Part shown: positions 37,927 to 46,503 of the stretch, piece by piece | Numbering within the stretch: the stretch's first letter is position 1 | How the letters are laid out: each line of letters begins with the position of its first letter | NCBI GenBank assembly: GCA_041490525.1 | Contig: JBGPTH010000015.1 | Location: forward strand, 3,867-67,866 | DNA length: 64,000 nt | Source of the DNA: Nitrospiria bacterium | GTDB taxonomy: Bacteria > Nitrospirota > Nitrospiria > Nitrospirales > NS-4 | Direction: 5' to 3' | Translations under genes and position numbers: made by a program | The notes under the pieces: model-generated | The model's database searches: none | What the model was told of the DNA's origin: nothing | Seen by the model: the letters and a program-made list of their open reading frames with translations, nothing else

Positions 37927-37951
37927 ACCCCTCTCCCCGGAGGGAAGAGGG
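37927..37951. repeat. intergenic GC-rich hairpin (REP-like)
   Basis: CCCCTCT-CCC cgga GGG-a-AGAGGGG lies between the cytidylyltransferase stop and the next start. Confidence 0.45.
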
Positions 37952-37974
37952 GAAAGAAGAGCCAGCGAGGAGGA

Positions 37975-38961
37975 ATGATGAGCATCCGCATGGACCAGAT
38001 CCAGCCGATCATTGACCGGGAGTACGACTATCTCGTGTCCGAACATCCGCACTGGAGCCTGACCAAGGGCGACCAGGACCTGGAGCTGGTGGCGCACGCG
38101 CTGCGGGTCCTGCTTCACATGAAGACCACTCCGCAGCATCTGGCCGAGTATCTCGCCCTGGTGGACTGCCAGCATGCGGATGGGGGCTGGGGCAAACTGT
38201 CGTCCGACAAGCAGAGCGCCGCGTGGGTGACGGCCTTCTGCGCGCTGATGCTCATTCGCGGGAATCTCCTGCTGAAACACCCCCGGATCGCCGAATCGGT
38301 CCGGAAGTGCGTCCGCTATTTTCTGGCGACCCAGAAGGAAGACGGGAAGTGGTCCGATTCCTCCTGGGCGGACCTGGACGCCGTCAGCCATCCCATGAGC
38401 TTCTTCGATGTGCTGCTGGCCGTGGGCAAGCACCTGGTCGATGAGGCGACGCTGGGAGAGGTCAGGGCGGCGTGGCGGAAGGGCATGCGGTTCATGCTCG
38501 ACCGGCAAGCGGCCGATGGGGGCTGGTACGATCCGGAGTTCCACCCGACCGGCGTGGAGATCACGGCGCACCTGATCCAGGACTCCATCGTGCCCGACCT
38601 GGTGCTGGAGAATGAGTTCAATGTGCGGGACTGCTGCCAGGGAGGGGTGAGGAGGCTGCTTGCGGTCCAGGCGGCCGACGGCTCCTGGGACGGTGAGAAC
38701 GTCGATCACACCATGGATTGCAGCCGGTCCCTCATGCTGGTCAGCAGCATCCTGGGGACGCGGTCGCAGTGCGATCCGGCAATCGAGCGCGGGCTTGCGT
38801 GGATTCTGAAACATAAGTGCGAACGGGGCTGGCCGGATTTTCCGGGGATGGACCCGAACCTCGAACGGACCTGCGACGGCCTCGATACGCTGCTCAAATA
38901 CAAGGCGTACAGCCAGCCGGTGACGACCGCCATCGTCAAGCTCTGGGGATACGCCCTGTGA
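37975..38961 (+). CDS. prenyltransferase / squalene-cyclase-repeat (alpha/alpha toroid) protein
   Basis: 328 aa with four Q-x2-DG(G/S)W-type repeats: QHADGGWGK, TQKEDGKWSD, RQAADGGWYD and VQAADGSWDG. Confidence 0.7.
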   Translation: MMSIRMDQIQPIIDREYDYLVSEHPHWSLTKGDQDLELVAHALRVLLHMKTTPQHLAEYLALVDCQHADGGWGKLSSDKQSAAWVTAFCALMLIRGNLLLKHPRIAESVRKCVRYFLATQKEDGKWSDSSWADLDAVSHPMSFFDVLLAVGKHLVDEATLGEVRAAWRKGMRFMLDRQAADGGWYDPEFHPTGVEITAHLIQDSIVPDLVLENEFNVRDCCQGGVRRLLAVQAADGSWDGENVDHTMDCSRSLMLVSSILGTRSQCDPAIERGLAWILKHKCERGWPDFPGMDPNLERTCDGLDTLLKYKAYSQPVTTAIVKLWGYAL

Positions 38962-39278
38962 CGTTCCTGGCCAAGGTCGCCGAGATTCCGGCCGGCGACC
39001 GCAAGCTCATCAAGGTGAACGGCGTCGACGTCGCGGTGTTTCACGTCGGGGACCGGTTCTATGCCCTCAATAACACCTGCCCTCACCGCCAGGGCCCGCT
39101 GATTCGGGGCACCCTCGAAGACTCGGCAGGGGGCGCGGGCTGCGCGATCCGCTGCCCGATGCACGGATGGAAGTTTGATCTTGAGACCGGCGACAGCCAC
39201 GGCCGTTCCGGTAACGCGACGGTGTATCCCGTCACGCAACGGGACGGGGAACTCTTCATCGAGATCGGCGGGGTCTGA
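38958..39278 (+). CDS. small Rieske [2Fe-2S] ferredoxin (NirD-type)
   Basis: 106 aa from GTG 38958 (GTGA overlap), with CPHRQGPL...CPMHGWKF. Confidence 0.8.
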   Translation: MTFLAKVAEIPAGDRKLIKVNGVDVAVFHVGDRFYALNNTCPHRQGPLIRGTLEDSAGGAGCAIRCPMHGWKFDLETGDSHGRSGNATVYPVTQRDGELFIEIGGV

Positions 39279-39284
39279 TCACCC

Positions 39285-40727
39285 ATGGACGCCTCACCCA
39301 TCGACAGCGCTTTGGTCCTGACCACGGGAGGGATCTTCGATCCGACGGGGGCCCCTTCTCCACCGAGCCCCCTGACGGTCGTGGGCGGCCTCTCTCTCCT
39401 GCAGCGGACCATCATGACCCTGCAGCGGGCGGGCATCACGCGGCTCGTGATGCTGGGAGGCGACAAGACGGAGGCGATGCAGCGCCAGCTTCAGGGAGAT
39501 CGCCGGATCCAGATTGAGGTGGGGTGGCTCCCGATCCGCGAATTCCCCCTGAGCGACCCGCGGACCTGGGAAGGCCTCTCCGGCATGCTCGGCTCGTCCT
39601 ACCTCGTGGCGGGAACCAGGGCCGTTTTTTCCCCCGACCTGGTCATCCGCTTGCGTGAAGAGGGCAGGAAGGGGGATCCGGTCTTGGTCGTACGGAACGC
39701 GGACTCCGGCAGAACGAGGCGAGACTCCCTTTCCCCGGGCCGGCAGGATCTGCCGTCCCACTCCGGGGTGCCCATGGCTCCTCAAGGCGTCAAGGGCCAT
39801 GGGAGAGGGGAGAGCGAAGGGGCCGGCGGTGTGGTCACCCTGGAGCCCGCCGTGGCCTCCAGCCTGTTTGTTGACCTCGTGTCGATACCGGAAGGGTTCA
39901 CCTCCCCGGGTTGGGTCAATCCCCAAGACTCCCCTCACCCGCTGCGGACGGCCCTCGAACGCGGGCTCCGTTCGGGACAGGTGAAGGTCTTGCCGCTGGA
40001 GGCGGATTGGTACCAGGAGGTGCGGACGGGGGCGCCTGAAGAGGTGGCGTCGGCGGAATGGACCTTGCTTCGGTCCCTCAAAGGCGGTCTCGAAGGCTTC
40101 GTGGACCGCCATTTCAACCGCAAGTGTTCGAAGTGGATCACGCAGTGGCTGGTGGGGACTCCCTTGACCCCGAACGGCGTGACCATTCTGGCCACCGCGG
40201 TGGGTCTCCTGGCCGCCACCGCCTTCGGGCTCGGCGGATACGCGGAGGGGATCATTGGGGCCCTTCTGTTTCAGCTCTCCGCCATTCTGGATTGCTGTGA
40301 CGGCGAGGTAGCCCGGCTCAAATTCCTGGAATCGTCCATGGGGGAGCAATTGGACGTCGTACTGGATAACGTGGTCCACGTCGCCCTCTACGCTGGGATC
40401 GCGTGGGCCTCGTACCGGGACAATTGGGGCCCGGTGGCCCTGCTCTTCGGGTGGCTGGCGATGCTCGGCAATCTCTTTGCGTTCGTCGTGGTCCAGAAAG
40501 CAACCAGGATGCGGGGGGCGCTGGATCCGGACCGCCGGCGCTATGTGGAGTCGATCCTCAACACCCTGGTCAGCCGCGACTTCTCGGTGCTCATCCTGGT
40601 CTTAGCTCTCGTCAATCATGTCGAATGGTTTCTTCCGCTCGCGGCCATCGGCTCGAATGTCTTCTGGCCCCTGCTGGCCTGGCAGCTCCGGACGGAAAAG
40701 CGATCCGCCAGCCCTCCCATAACATGA
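39285..40727 (+). CDS. nucleotidyltransferase-like domain fused to a CDP-alcohol phosphatidyltransferase membrane domain
   Basis: 480 aa. The N-terminal NT-like fold has a degenerate Gly loop (LVLTTGGIFDPTG). A low-complexity linker follows. The C-terminal part carries DCCDGEVARLKFLESSMGEQLDVVLDNVVH plus TM helices. Confidence 0.7.
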   Translation: MDASPIDSALVLTTGGIFDPTGAPSPPSPLTVVGGLSLLQRTIMTLQRAGITRLVMLGGDKTEAMQRQLQGDRRIQIEVGWLPIREFPLSDPRTWEGLSGMLGSSYLVAGTRAVFSPDLVIRLREEGRKGDPVLVVRNADSGRTRRDSLSPGRQDLPSHSGVPMAPQGVKGHGRGESEGAGGVVTLEPAVASSLFVDLVSIPEGFTSPGWVNPQDSPHPLRTALERGLRSGQVKVLPLEADWYQEVRTGAPEEVASAEWTLLRSLKGGLEGFVDRHFNRKCSKWITQWLVGTPLTPNGVTILATAVGLLAATAFGLGGYAEGIIGALLFQLSAILDCCDGEVARLKFLESSMGEQLDVVLDNVVHVALYAGIAWASYRDNWGPVALLFGWLAMLGNLFAFVVVQKATRMRGALDPDRRRYVESILNTLVSRDFSVLILVLALVNHVEWFLPLAAIGSNVFWPLLAWQLRTEKRSASPPIT

Positions 40728-41725
40728 CCCGACTGACGGGCCTCCTTTTCGCGCTCGGGGTGGCGGTCCTTGTGGGCCTCGTGGTTCACATCGGTCCGGG
40801 CACGCTGGCGGCGGAACTCCACAAGCTGGGCCTGAATTTTCTCTGGATCATGCTCCCCTCGTTGGGCGTCTATCTGCTGGACGCCCTGGGCTGGCGCTAT
40901 ACGCTGGACCGGCACGCGGAACGGGTCCCGTTCGGCCGTCTCTTCATGACCCGCATGGCCGGCGAAGCCGTCAACTTCACCACCCCGGCGGCGTACTTGG
41001 GGGGCGAACCGGTGAAGGCCTACATGCTGAGCCGGTACAACGTCCCCTTGGTGGACGGCCTGGCCTCGGTGATCACGGCAAAGACGACGATGATCCTCGC
41101 CGAGGTCCTGTTCATCCTGGTCGGGGTGGGGCTCAGCGCGACGCTCCTGAGCCGGTCGGGCGATGTGCTGATGGCCGGCCTGGTCGGCTTCGGGGTGTTG
41201 GGGTTCGGGATCGGTCTATTCGTCTTCGTCCAGCGACAAGGGTTGTTCGGGGGAGTGCTCCGCTTACTCGAGCGCCTCGGAATCAGGATCGCGTGGCTGA
41301 AGGAACGGGAGTCCACGCTCCAGGTGCTGGATGAGGCGATCGGGGATTTCTATAAGCGGGACCATCGCCGGTTTTTTCTCTCCTTCCTGGCGTTCTTCGG
41401 GGGATGGGTGGTGGGAACCTTCGAAGTGTACCTGACGTTGTATTTCCTGGAGTTGCCGGTGGATGTGCTGACCGCCGTCGCGATCGAGGCCCTCGCCGTG
41501 TTCATCAAGGGGGCCACGGCGTTCATTCCCGGGAGCGTCGGCGGCCAGGAGGCGGGGATCGTCTTGCTGTGCGCGGCCTTCGGATTTCCCCAGGCGGGCG
41601 CCGTGACGTTCGCCCTGGTGCGGCGGGTCCGGGAGATCATCTGGGTCGCGTTCGGCTTGCTTGCCCTGACCGCGCAGAGTCCCGCTTCTTTCCCCGACGA
41701 TGCGCCGGGCCGCCCGCTGGAGTGA
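40724..41725 (+). CDS. flippase-like / lysyl-PG-synthase-TM-region (UPF0104, HpnL-like) membrane protein
   Basis: 333 aa from ATG 40724 (ATGA overlap), polytopic, with LDALGWRYTL...RMAGEAVNFTTPAAYLGGEPVKAY. Confidence 0.68.
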   Translation: MTRLTGLLFALGVAVLVGLVVHIGPGTLAAELHKLGLNFLWIMLPSLGVYLLDALGWRYTLDRHAERVPFGRLFMTRMAGEAVNFTTPAAYLGGEPVKAYMLSRYNVPLVDGLASVITAKTTMILAEVLFILVGVGLSATLLSRSGDVLMAGLVGFGVLGFGIGLFVFVQRQGLFGGVLRLLERLGIRIAWLKERESTLQVLDEAIGDFYKRDHRRFFLSFLAFFGGWVVGTFEVYLTLYFLELPVDVLTAVAIEALAVFIKGATAFIPGSVGGQEAGIVLLCAAFGFPQAGAVTFALVRRVREIIWVAFGLLALTAQSPASFPDDAPGRPLE

Positions 41726-41782
41726 TCCGCGCTTCCGATCGAATCCTTTACACACCCCCCGGCTCTTGTTAGTATTTCACCT

Positions 41783-43756
41783 ATGAAGGGCATTGCCGCT
41801 GTGGGTTGGGCCGCGCTGGCGGCGCTCTGCGCCGGGGCCTTCGGCGTTGTCACCGGGATCTTCAACCCCGAGGAGAAGGTCAACGCCCTGTGGCTCGTCG
41901 TCGCCGCGACCTGCTTCTATGTGCTGGCCTACCGGTTTTACGGGCGGTTTCTGGCCAGGCGCGTGCTGGAGTTGGACGACCGCCGGGTGACGCCGGCGCA
42001 CCGCCTCCCCGACGGCGCCAATTTCATTCCTACCAACCGCTGGGTGCTGTTCGGGCATCACTTTGCGGCGATCGCCGGCGCGGGGCCGCTGCTGGGCCCG
42101 GTGCTGGCGGCGCAGTTCGGGTTTCTCCCGGGCTTTCTCTGGCTGGTAATCGGCGCGGTGCTGGCCGGCGCGGTGCAGGACTTCGTGATCCTCGTGGCTT
42201 CGATGCGGCGCAACGGCCGGTCGCTGCCGCAGATCGCCCGGGATGAAATCGGGACGGTGACCGGCACGGCGACGGCGGTCGCGGTCCTCTTTATCGTGGT
42301 GGTGGCCCTGGCCGGCCTCGGCCTGGCCGTCGTGAACGCTCTCTATCACAACCCCTGGGGCACCTTCACGCTCGCCGTGACGATCCCGATCGCCTTCCTG
42401 ATGGGGTTCTACCTCCAACGCTGGCGGCCGGGTCAGGTAGGGGAGATGTCGGCGGTCGGCGTGATTCTGTTGGTCGCCGCGGTCTTGGCCGGGCATGGGG
42501 TCGCGCACTCGTCTCTCGCGCCGTTCTTCGATTTCGAGCGGGCCACGCTGGTTTGGCTGCTGGCGGCCTACGGATTCCTGGCGTCGGTCTTGCCGGTCTG
42601 GATGCTGCTGGTGCCGCGCGATTATCTGTCGAGCTTCATGAAGGTCAGCGTGGTGGCCTTGCTGGGCGTCGGCGTGGTGCTCATGGCCCCGACCATCGAG
42701 ATGCCCCGGGTCACGGCCTTCATCTCGGGAGGCGGGCCGGTCATTCCGGGGCCGATCTTCCCCTTCGTCTTCATCACGATCGCCTGCGGGGCGATCTCGG
42801 GTTTCCACTCGCTGGTGGCCTCCGGCACGACGCCCAAGATGATCGATCGGGAATCGCACGCGATGATCGGGTACGGGGCGATGCTGATGGAGAGCTTCGT
42901 GGGCGTCATCGCGCTGGTCGCCGCCTCGATCCTGATGCCCGGCGACTACTTCGCGATCAACACGAAGCTGTCGGCCGACGCGCTGGGGGCGCTCGGCTAC
43001 CCGGTGGACCACATCCGGGAGCTGTCCCGCCTGGTGGAACAGGAGGTCATGGGCCGGCCCGGGGGCGCTGTCTCGCTGGCGGTGGGGATGGCTTCGATCT
43101 TCTCAGCCTTGCCGGGCCTCTCGGCCATCCCGGGTCTGATGGCCTACTGGTATCAGTTCGCTCTGCTCTTCGAGGCCTTGTTCATCCTCACGACCATCGA
43201 TGCGGGGACGCGGGTGGCGCGCTACCTTGTGCAGGAGATGGGGGGGATCCTCTATGCGCCCCTCCGGACGATCACCTGGGCGCCGGGCGTGATCGCGGCC
43301 AGCCTGGCGGTGGTGGGAAGCTGGGGCTATCTGCTCGCCACGGGGACGGTCGCCACCATCTGGCCCATGTTCGGGGCGGCGAACCAACTGCTCGGCATGC
43401 TGGCCCTGTGCGTCGGGACCACCGTGCTCATCAAGATGGGCAAGGCGCCCTACCTATGGGTCACGGCGGTCCCGATGGTGTTTGTGGGGGTCATCACGCT
43501 GTCCGGCTCCTTCGAGCTGTTCGTGTTCTTTTCCCGGAAGGCCGCGGCCGCGGCCGGAAAGGACTCCGTTCCCTTTTACCTGGACGCCGCGTTGGTCGGA
43601 GTGGTGGCGTCGCTGGCGGTGGTGATCCTGGGGGACTCGGTCGCCAAGTGGTACGGGTATCTGATCCAGAAGAAACCCATCACGACCAGCGAGGTCGCAG
43701 CAGACGTCGGGGGCGATCAGGGGGGGATCAAGATCCCGGCCGGGCCCTGCTGCTGA
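41783..43756 (+). CDS. cstA: carbon starvation protein A (peptide/pyruvate transporter family)
   Basis: 657 aa with YRFYGRFLARRVLELDD...NRWVLFGHHFAAIAGAGPLLGPVLAAQFG. Confidence 0.93.
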   Translation: MKGIAAVGWAALAALCAGAFGVVTGIFNPEEKVNALWLVVAATCFYVLAYRFYGRFLARRVLELDDRRVTPAHRLPDGANFIPTNRWVLFGHHFAAIAGAGPLLGPVLAAQFGFLPGFLWLVIGAVLAGAVQDFVILVASMRRNGRSLPQIARDEIGTVTGTATAVAVLFIVVVALAGLGLAVVNALYHNPWGTFTLAVTIPIAFLMGFYLQRWRPGQVGEMSAVGVILLVAAVLAGHGVAHSSLAPFFDFERATLVWLLAAYGFLASVLPVWMLLVPRDYLSSFMKVSVVALLGVGVVLMAPTIEMPRVTAFISGGGPVIPGPIFPFVFITIACGAISGFHSLVASGTTPKMIDRESHAMIGYGAMLMESFVGVIALVAASILMPGDYFAINTKLSADALGALGYPVDHIRELSRLVEQEVMGRPGGAVSLAVGMASIFSALPGLSAIPGLMAYWYQFALLFEALFILTTIDAGTRVARYLVQEMGGILYAPLRTITWAPGVIAASLAVVGSWGYLLATGTVATIWPMFGAANQLLGMLALCVGTTVLIKMGKAPYLWVTAVPMVFVGVITLSGSFELFVFFSRKAAAAAGKDSVPFYLDAALVGVVASLAVVILGDSVAKWYGYLIQKKPITTSEVAADVGGDQGGIKIPAGPCC

Positions 43757-43859
43757 ATTTTTCCGTTGATAAGACCGTTTTGCCTGGACGGAACGTAGAG
43801 TGGTATGATGCGCTCTTTAATCGTCCCTATCAGGACGGTACTGGCCGCGCACGACGCCT

Positions 43860-44681
43860 ATGAAACCTTCCCCCAGGCAGGCCTCCTCGGTTCCGCACTC
43901 CGACCGGTCGCGGACGTCTCTCGGCCGGGCGGGGGAGCCGGGCGGACGAGCGCGGGTGCTCCTGCCCTCCTTTTCCCGATGGCTGGTCCATCCCGTGGTG
44001 GCGCTCGGGGCGATTTTGTTGCTGGCAGGGGCCGCGCTCTACGCGCTGGCGACCCGCGCGCAGGTCGAGATCGAACGGGGGGAACGCCAGCGCGCGGAAA
44101 TGACCTTGCAGGGGGAGATGATTCGCCTCTCCGCGCTCCAGCGCCAGGTGGCGGAACAGGAACGGATGATGAGCGGCTTGCGGGAAGAGGTGAGCCATCG
44201 AATGGGCGACATCGGCGAGGTTCAAGACGAAATGTCCCGGCGTGCCGCCGAACTGGATCACCTGCGCGCGCTCCTGGCCCAACGGGAGCAGGAAGCGGCC
44301 GGCCTTCGCAAGACACTGGCCCAACGGGACGAGATGCTGGATTTCCTGCGGTCCCCCCACGTCAAAGTGGTGTCGCTGGCCGGCCTGGAGCGGGCCAAAT
44401 CAGCCGGCGCGTTGTTGCTGTTCGACCCGTCTAGCAAGAAGGCGTTTTTCTACGGCTTCAACATGCCACCGCTTCCCGCCGGGAAGACCTACCAACTCTG
44501 GGCCATCGTGGACAAGCCGGTGAGCGCGGGGACGTTCGGGACCGATGCCGGCGCCAAAAGCCGGCTGATCGTCCGAAGCATCCCGGAGTTCTCCCGTATT
44601 GCCAAATTTGCGGTCAGCGTCGAGCCGGAGGGGGGGCGGCCGCAGCCGACCGGCGACATCTATCTGATGGGCCAGCTGTAA
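43860..44681 (+). CDS. membrane protein with an anti-sigma-K (RskA) C-terminal domain and coiled-coil linker
   Basis: 273 aa with one TM helix and a coiled coil. The C-terminus reads YQLWAI...AVSVEPEGG.PQPTG. No zinc-finger anti-sigma N-domain is seen. Confidence 0.65.
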   Translation: MKPSPRQASSVPHSDRSRTSLGRAGEPGGRARVLLPSFSRWLVHPVVALGAILLLAGAALYALATRAQVEIERGERQRAEMTLQGEMIRLSALQRQVAEQERMMSGLREEVSHRMGDIGEVQDEMSRRAAELDHLRALLAQREQEAAGLRKTLAQRDEMLDFLRSPHVKVVSLAGLERAKSAGALLLFDPSSKKAFFYGFNMPPLPAGKTYQLWAIVDKPVSAGTFGTDAGAKSRLIVRSIPEFSRIAKFAVSVEPEGGRPQPTGDIYLMGQL

Positions 44682-44784
44682 CCCGCCGCCGGCAGGGCTG
44701 ATCCGGGCGCATTGACACGGGTCCGAGCGGATGTTACGGTCGGTCCCGGCGGGGTGTGAGGAAACTGCGGAGGGGAGCTGAGGC

Positions 44785-45282
44785 ATGCCGGAACTGAACT
44801 CGTTCGATGTAGTGTCGAAGGTCGAGATGCAAGAGGTCAAGAACGCGATCGACCAGGCCTTAAAGGAGATCCACCAACGGTTTGATTTCAAGGGAACGAA
44901 GACGGAGCTGACGCTCAAGGAAAAAGAACTCGAACTGGTGATCGTCTCCGACGACGAGTACAAGCTCAAGAGCGTCGTCGACATCCTGAAAGCCAAGCTC
45001 ATCAAGCGCAACGTCTCGATCAGGGCCTTCGCCTTCGGCGTTGTGGAGCCGGCGTTGGGCGGGACGATGCGTCAGGTGGCCAAGATCCAGAGCGGGCTCT
45101 CGACCGACAAGGCGAAGGAGATCACGAAGGCCATCAAGGAGGGGAAACAAAAGGTCCAGGCTCAGATCCAGGGGGACCAGGTGCGTGTCCAGAGCAAGAG
45201 CCGCGACGAGCTTCAGACTGTGATCGCGCTCTTGAAGGCCAAGGATTTCGGCATCGATCTGCAGTTCGTCAACTATCGGTGA
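44785..45282 (+). CDS. yajQ: YajQ-family nucleotide (c-di-GMP)-binding protein
   Basis: 165 aa with [32 protein letters not shown]. Confidence 0.92.
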   Translation: MPELNSFDVVSKVEMQEVKNAIDQALKEIHQRFDFKGTKTELTLKEKELELVIVSDDEYKLKSVVDILKAKLIKRNVSIRAFAFGVVEPALGGTMRQVAKIQSGLSTDKAKEITKAIKEGKQKVQAQIQGDQVRVQSKSRDELQTVIALLKAKDFGIDLQFVNYR

Positions 45283-45283
45283 C

Positions 45284-45478
45284 TCACACCGAACCTTTCC
45301 GGTGGGCCTCCTTGAAGTCCTCGAGCTCCAGTTCCACGCCGCATCCCGTGCACTCGATCGGTTCGCCGCCCGCCGGCGGCAAAACCTCCTCCTTCTGCAT
45401 CACGCCCAGGCAGACATGATAGAAATGCCCGCTGGCGTGCTCTTCGTCCAAGGGATCGCTGATGAAGGCAAGGACCAT
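45284..45478 (-). CDS. possible small protein (64 aa)
   Basis: An ORF fills the gap between yajQ and the next gene and contains a C...CxxC pattern. The SD is weak. Confidence 0.3.
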   Translation of the reverse strand: MVLAFISDPLDEEHASGHFYHVCLGVMQKEEVLPPAGGEPIECTGCGVELELEDFKEAHRKGSV

Positions 45479-45649
45479 CGCCGCCTAGTTTAACGGCGGG
45501 GCGGCGCCATGGCAACCCCCTCTGCCCCACGTTGCTTCAAAGGGCTTGATTCTTTAAAGCAAAACCTCTATCGTGGAGGGCGCTTTTGGGACGCGGGGTC
45601 TTCGTACGCGTGGCCTCGTTCAGATGTTCACGTAAGAAGGCGGTCCTCG

Positions 45650-46411
45650 ATGGGTTTCGGAACCGAGCGGGCAAAATGGCTGGGCTGGTGCGGGGTGGCG
45701 ATAGGGCTCGGCCTCTGGGTCCTGGTGTCGTCCGGGTTGGCCGATGTCGCCGCGCCTGACCCGGCGGGACATGGGGCCGTCACGCATGGGGAACATGGCG
45801 CGGTCCAAGCCGGGCTTTCCCCCACGGGGCTGACGCCTGAGGAGGAGCTGGCCTATTCGCTGTTCATGCATCGGTCCTCCGGTATCGCCCTGGTGATCCT
45901 GGGCGTTCTAGTCATGGCGGACCGCTTGACGCGGAGACGTTACGGCTCCATCCAAATCGGCATTGGCCTGCTGTGGCTGGCGTTCGGGGCGCATCTGTTC
46001 ATCAGGAGCGATCTGGAAGGATGGCCCGTCGGGCCCGCCGGGCTCGTGGAGAGCTTCTCAATGGCCACCGCGGGGGAATGGATGCAGCACAAGACCCTGT
46101 CCCTGATTCCGCTGACGCTTGGGGTCTGGACGCTCACGTCGCGCTCCGCCCTGCCCAGCGCCTCCTGGAACTATGCCTTAGGAGCTGTGCTTTCGGCGGG
46201 AGTGGCTGGGCTTCTCATCCATCAGCATTTGGACCATAGGACGATGGACCTGGTCAACCTCCAGCACCGGCTCATGGCTCTGACGGCGTTGGTCATCGCC
46301 GCAGGCTCCGTGGCGGAAGGGTTGGGCCGATTCAGATGGACGCACAAGCCGTTGCTGGTGCCCTGCGGGTTCATGGTGCTCGGTCTCCAACTGGTTTTTT
46401 ACATCGAATGA
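45650..46411 (+). CDS. integral membrane protein, unknown function
   Basis: 253 aa from ATG 45650 (AAGAAGG upstream). It has a signal/TM start, a His-rich periplasmic stretch (HGAVTHGEHG) and several TM helices. Confidence 0.55.
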   Translation: MGFGTERAKWLGWCGVAIGLGLWVLVSSGLADVAAPDPAGHGAVTHGEHGAVQAGLSPTGLTPEEELAYSLFMHRSSGIALVILGVLVMADRLTRRRYGSIQIGIGLLWLAFGAHLFIRSDLEGWPVGPAGLVESFSMATAGEWMQHKTLSLIPLTLGVWTLTSRSALPSASWNYALGAVLSAGVAGLLIHQHLDHRTMDLVNLQHRLMALTALVIAAGSVAEGLGRFRWTHKPLLVPCGFMVLGLQLVFYIE

Positions 46412-46503
46412 CGCGGCGTTGCGGCCCATGCCCTCTTTTTGTTCGCCATCCGTATGGGCGAGGGGCCGGCTTGAGTGTTGTGCGGGGGGGGAGGACCTGA
46501 TTC

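Noticed and set aside
35886-38814. 456-aa and 560-aa minus-strand ORFs opposite the aminotransferase/cytidylyltransferase/cyclase-repeat genes
   Set aside because: Shadow ORFs. The plus-strand genes have family motifs and coupled start/stop overlaps.
41777-43012. 411-aa ORF antisense to cstA
   Set aside because: Extremely Arg/Asp/His/Gly-rich, whereas the cstA frame is unambiguous.
43801-43809. Extended -10-like TGgTATGAT upstream of the RskA-domain gene
   Set aside because: The -35 is poor and there is no independent support, so it is too weak to list as a feature.
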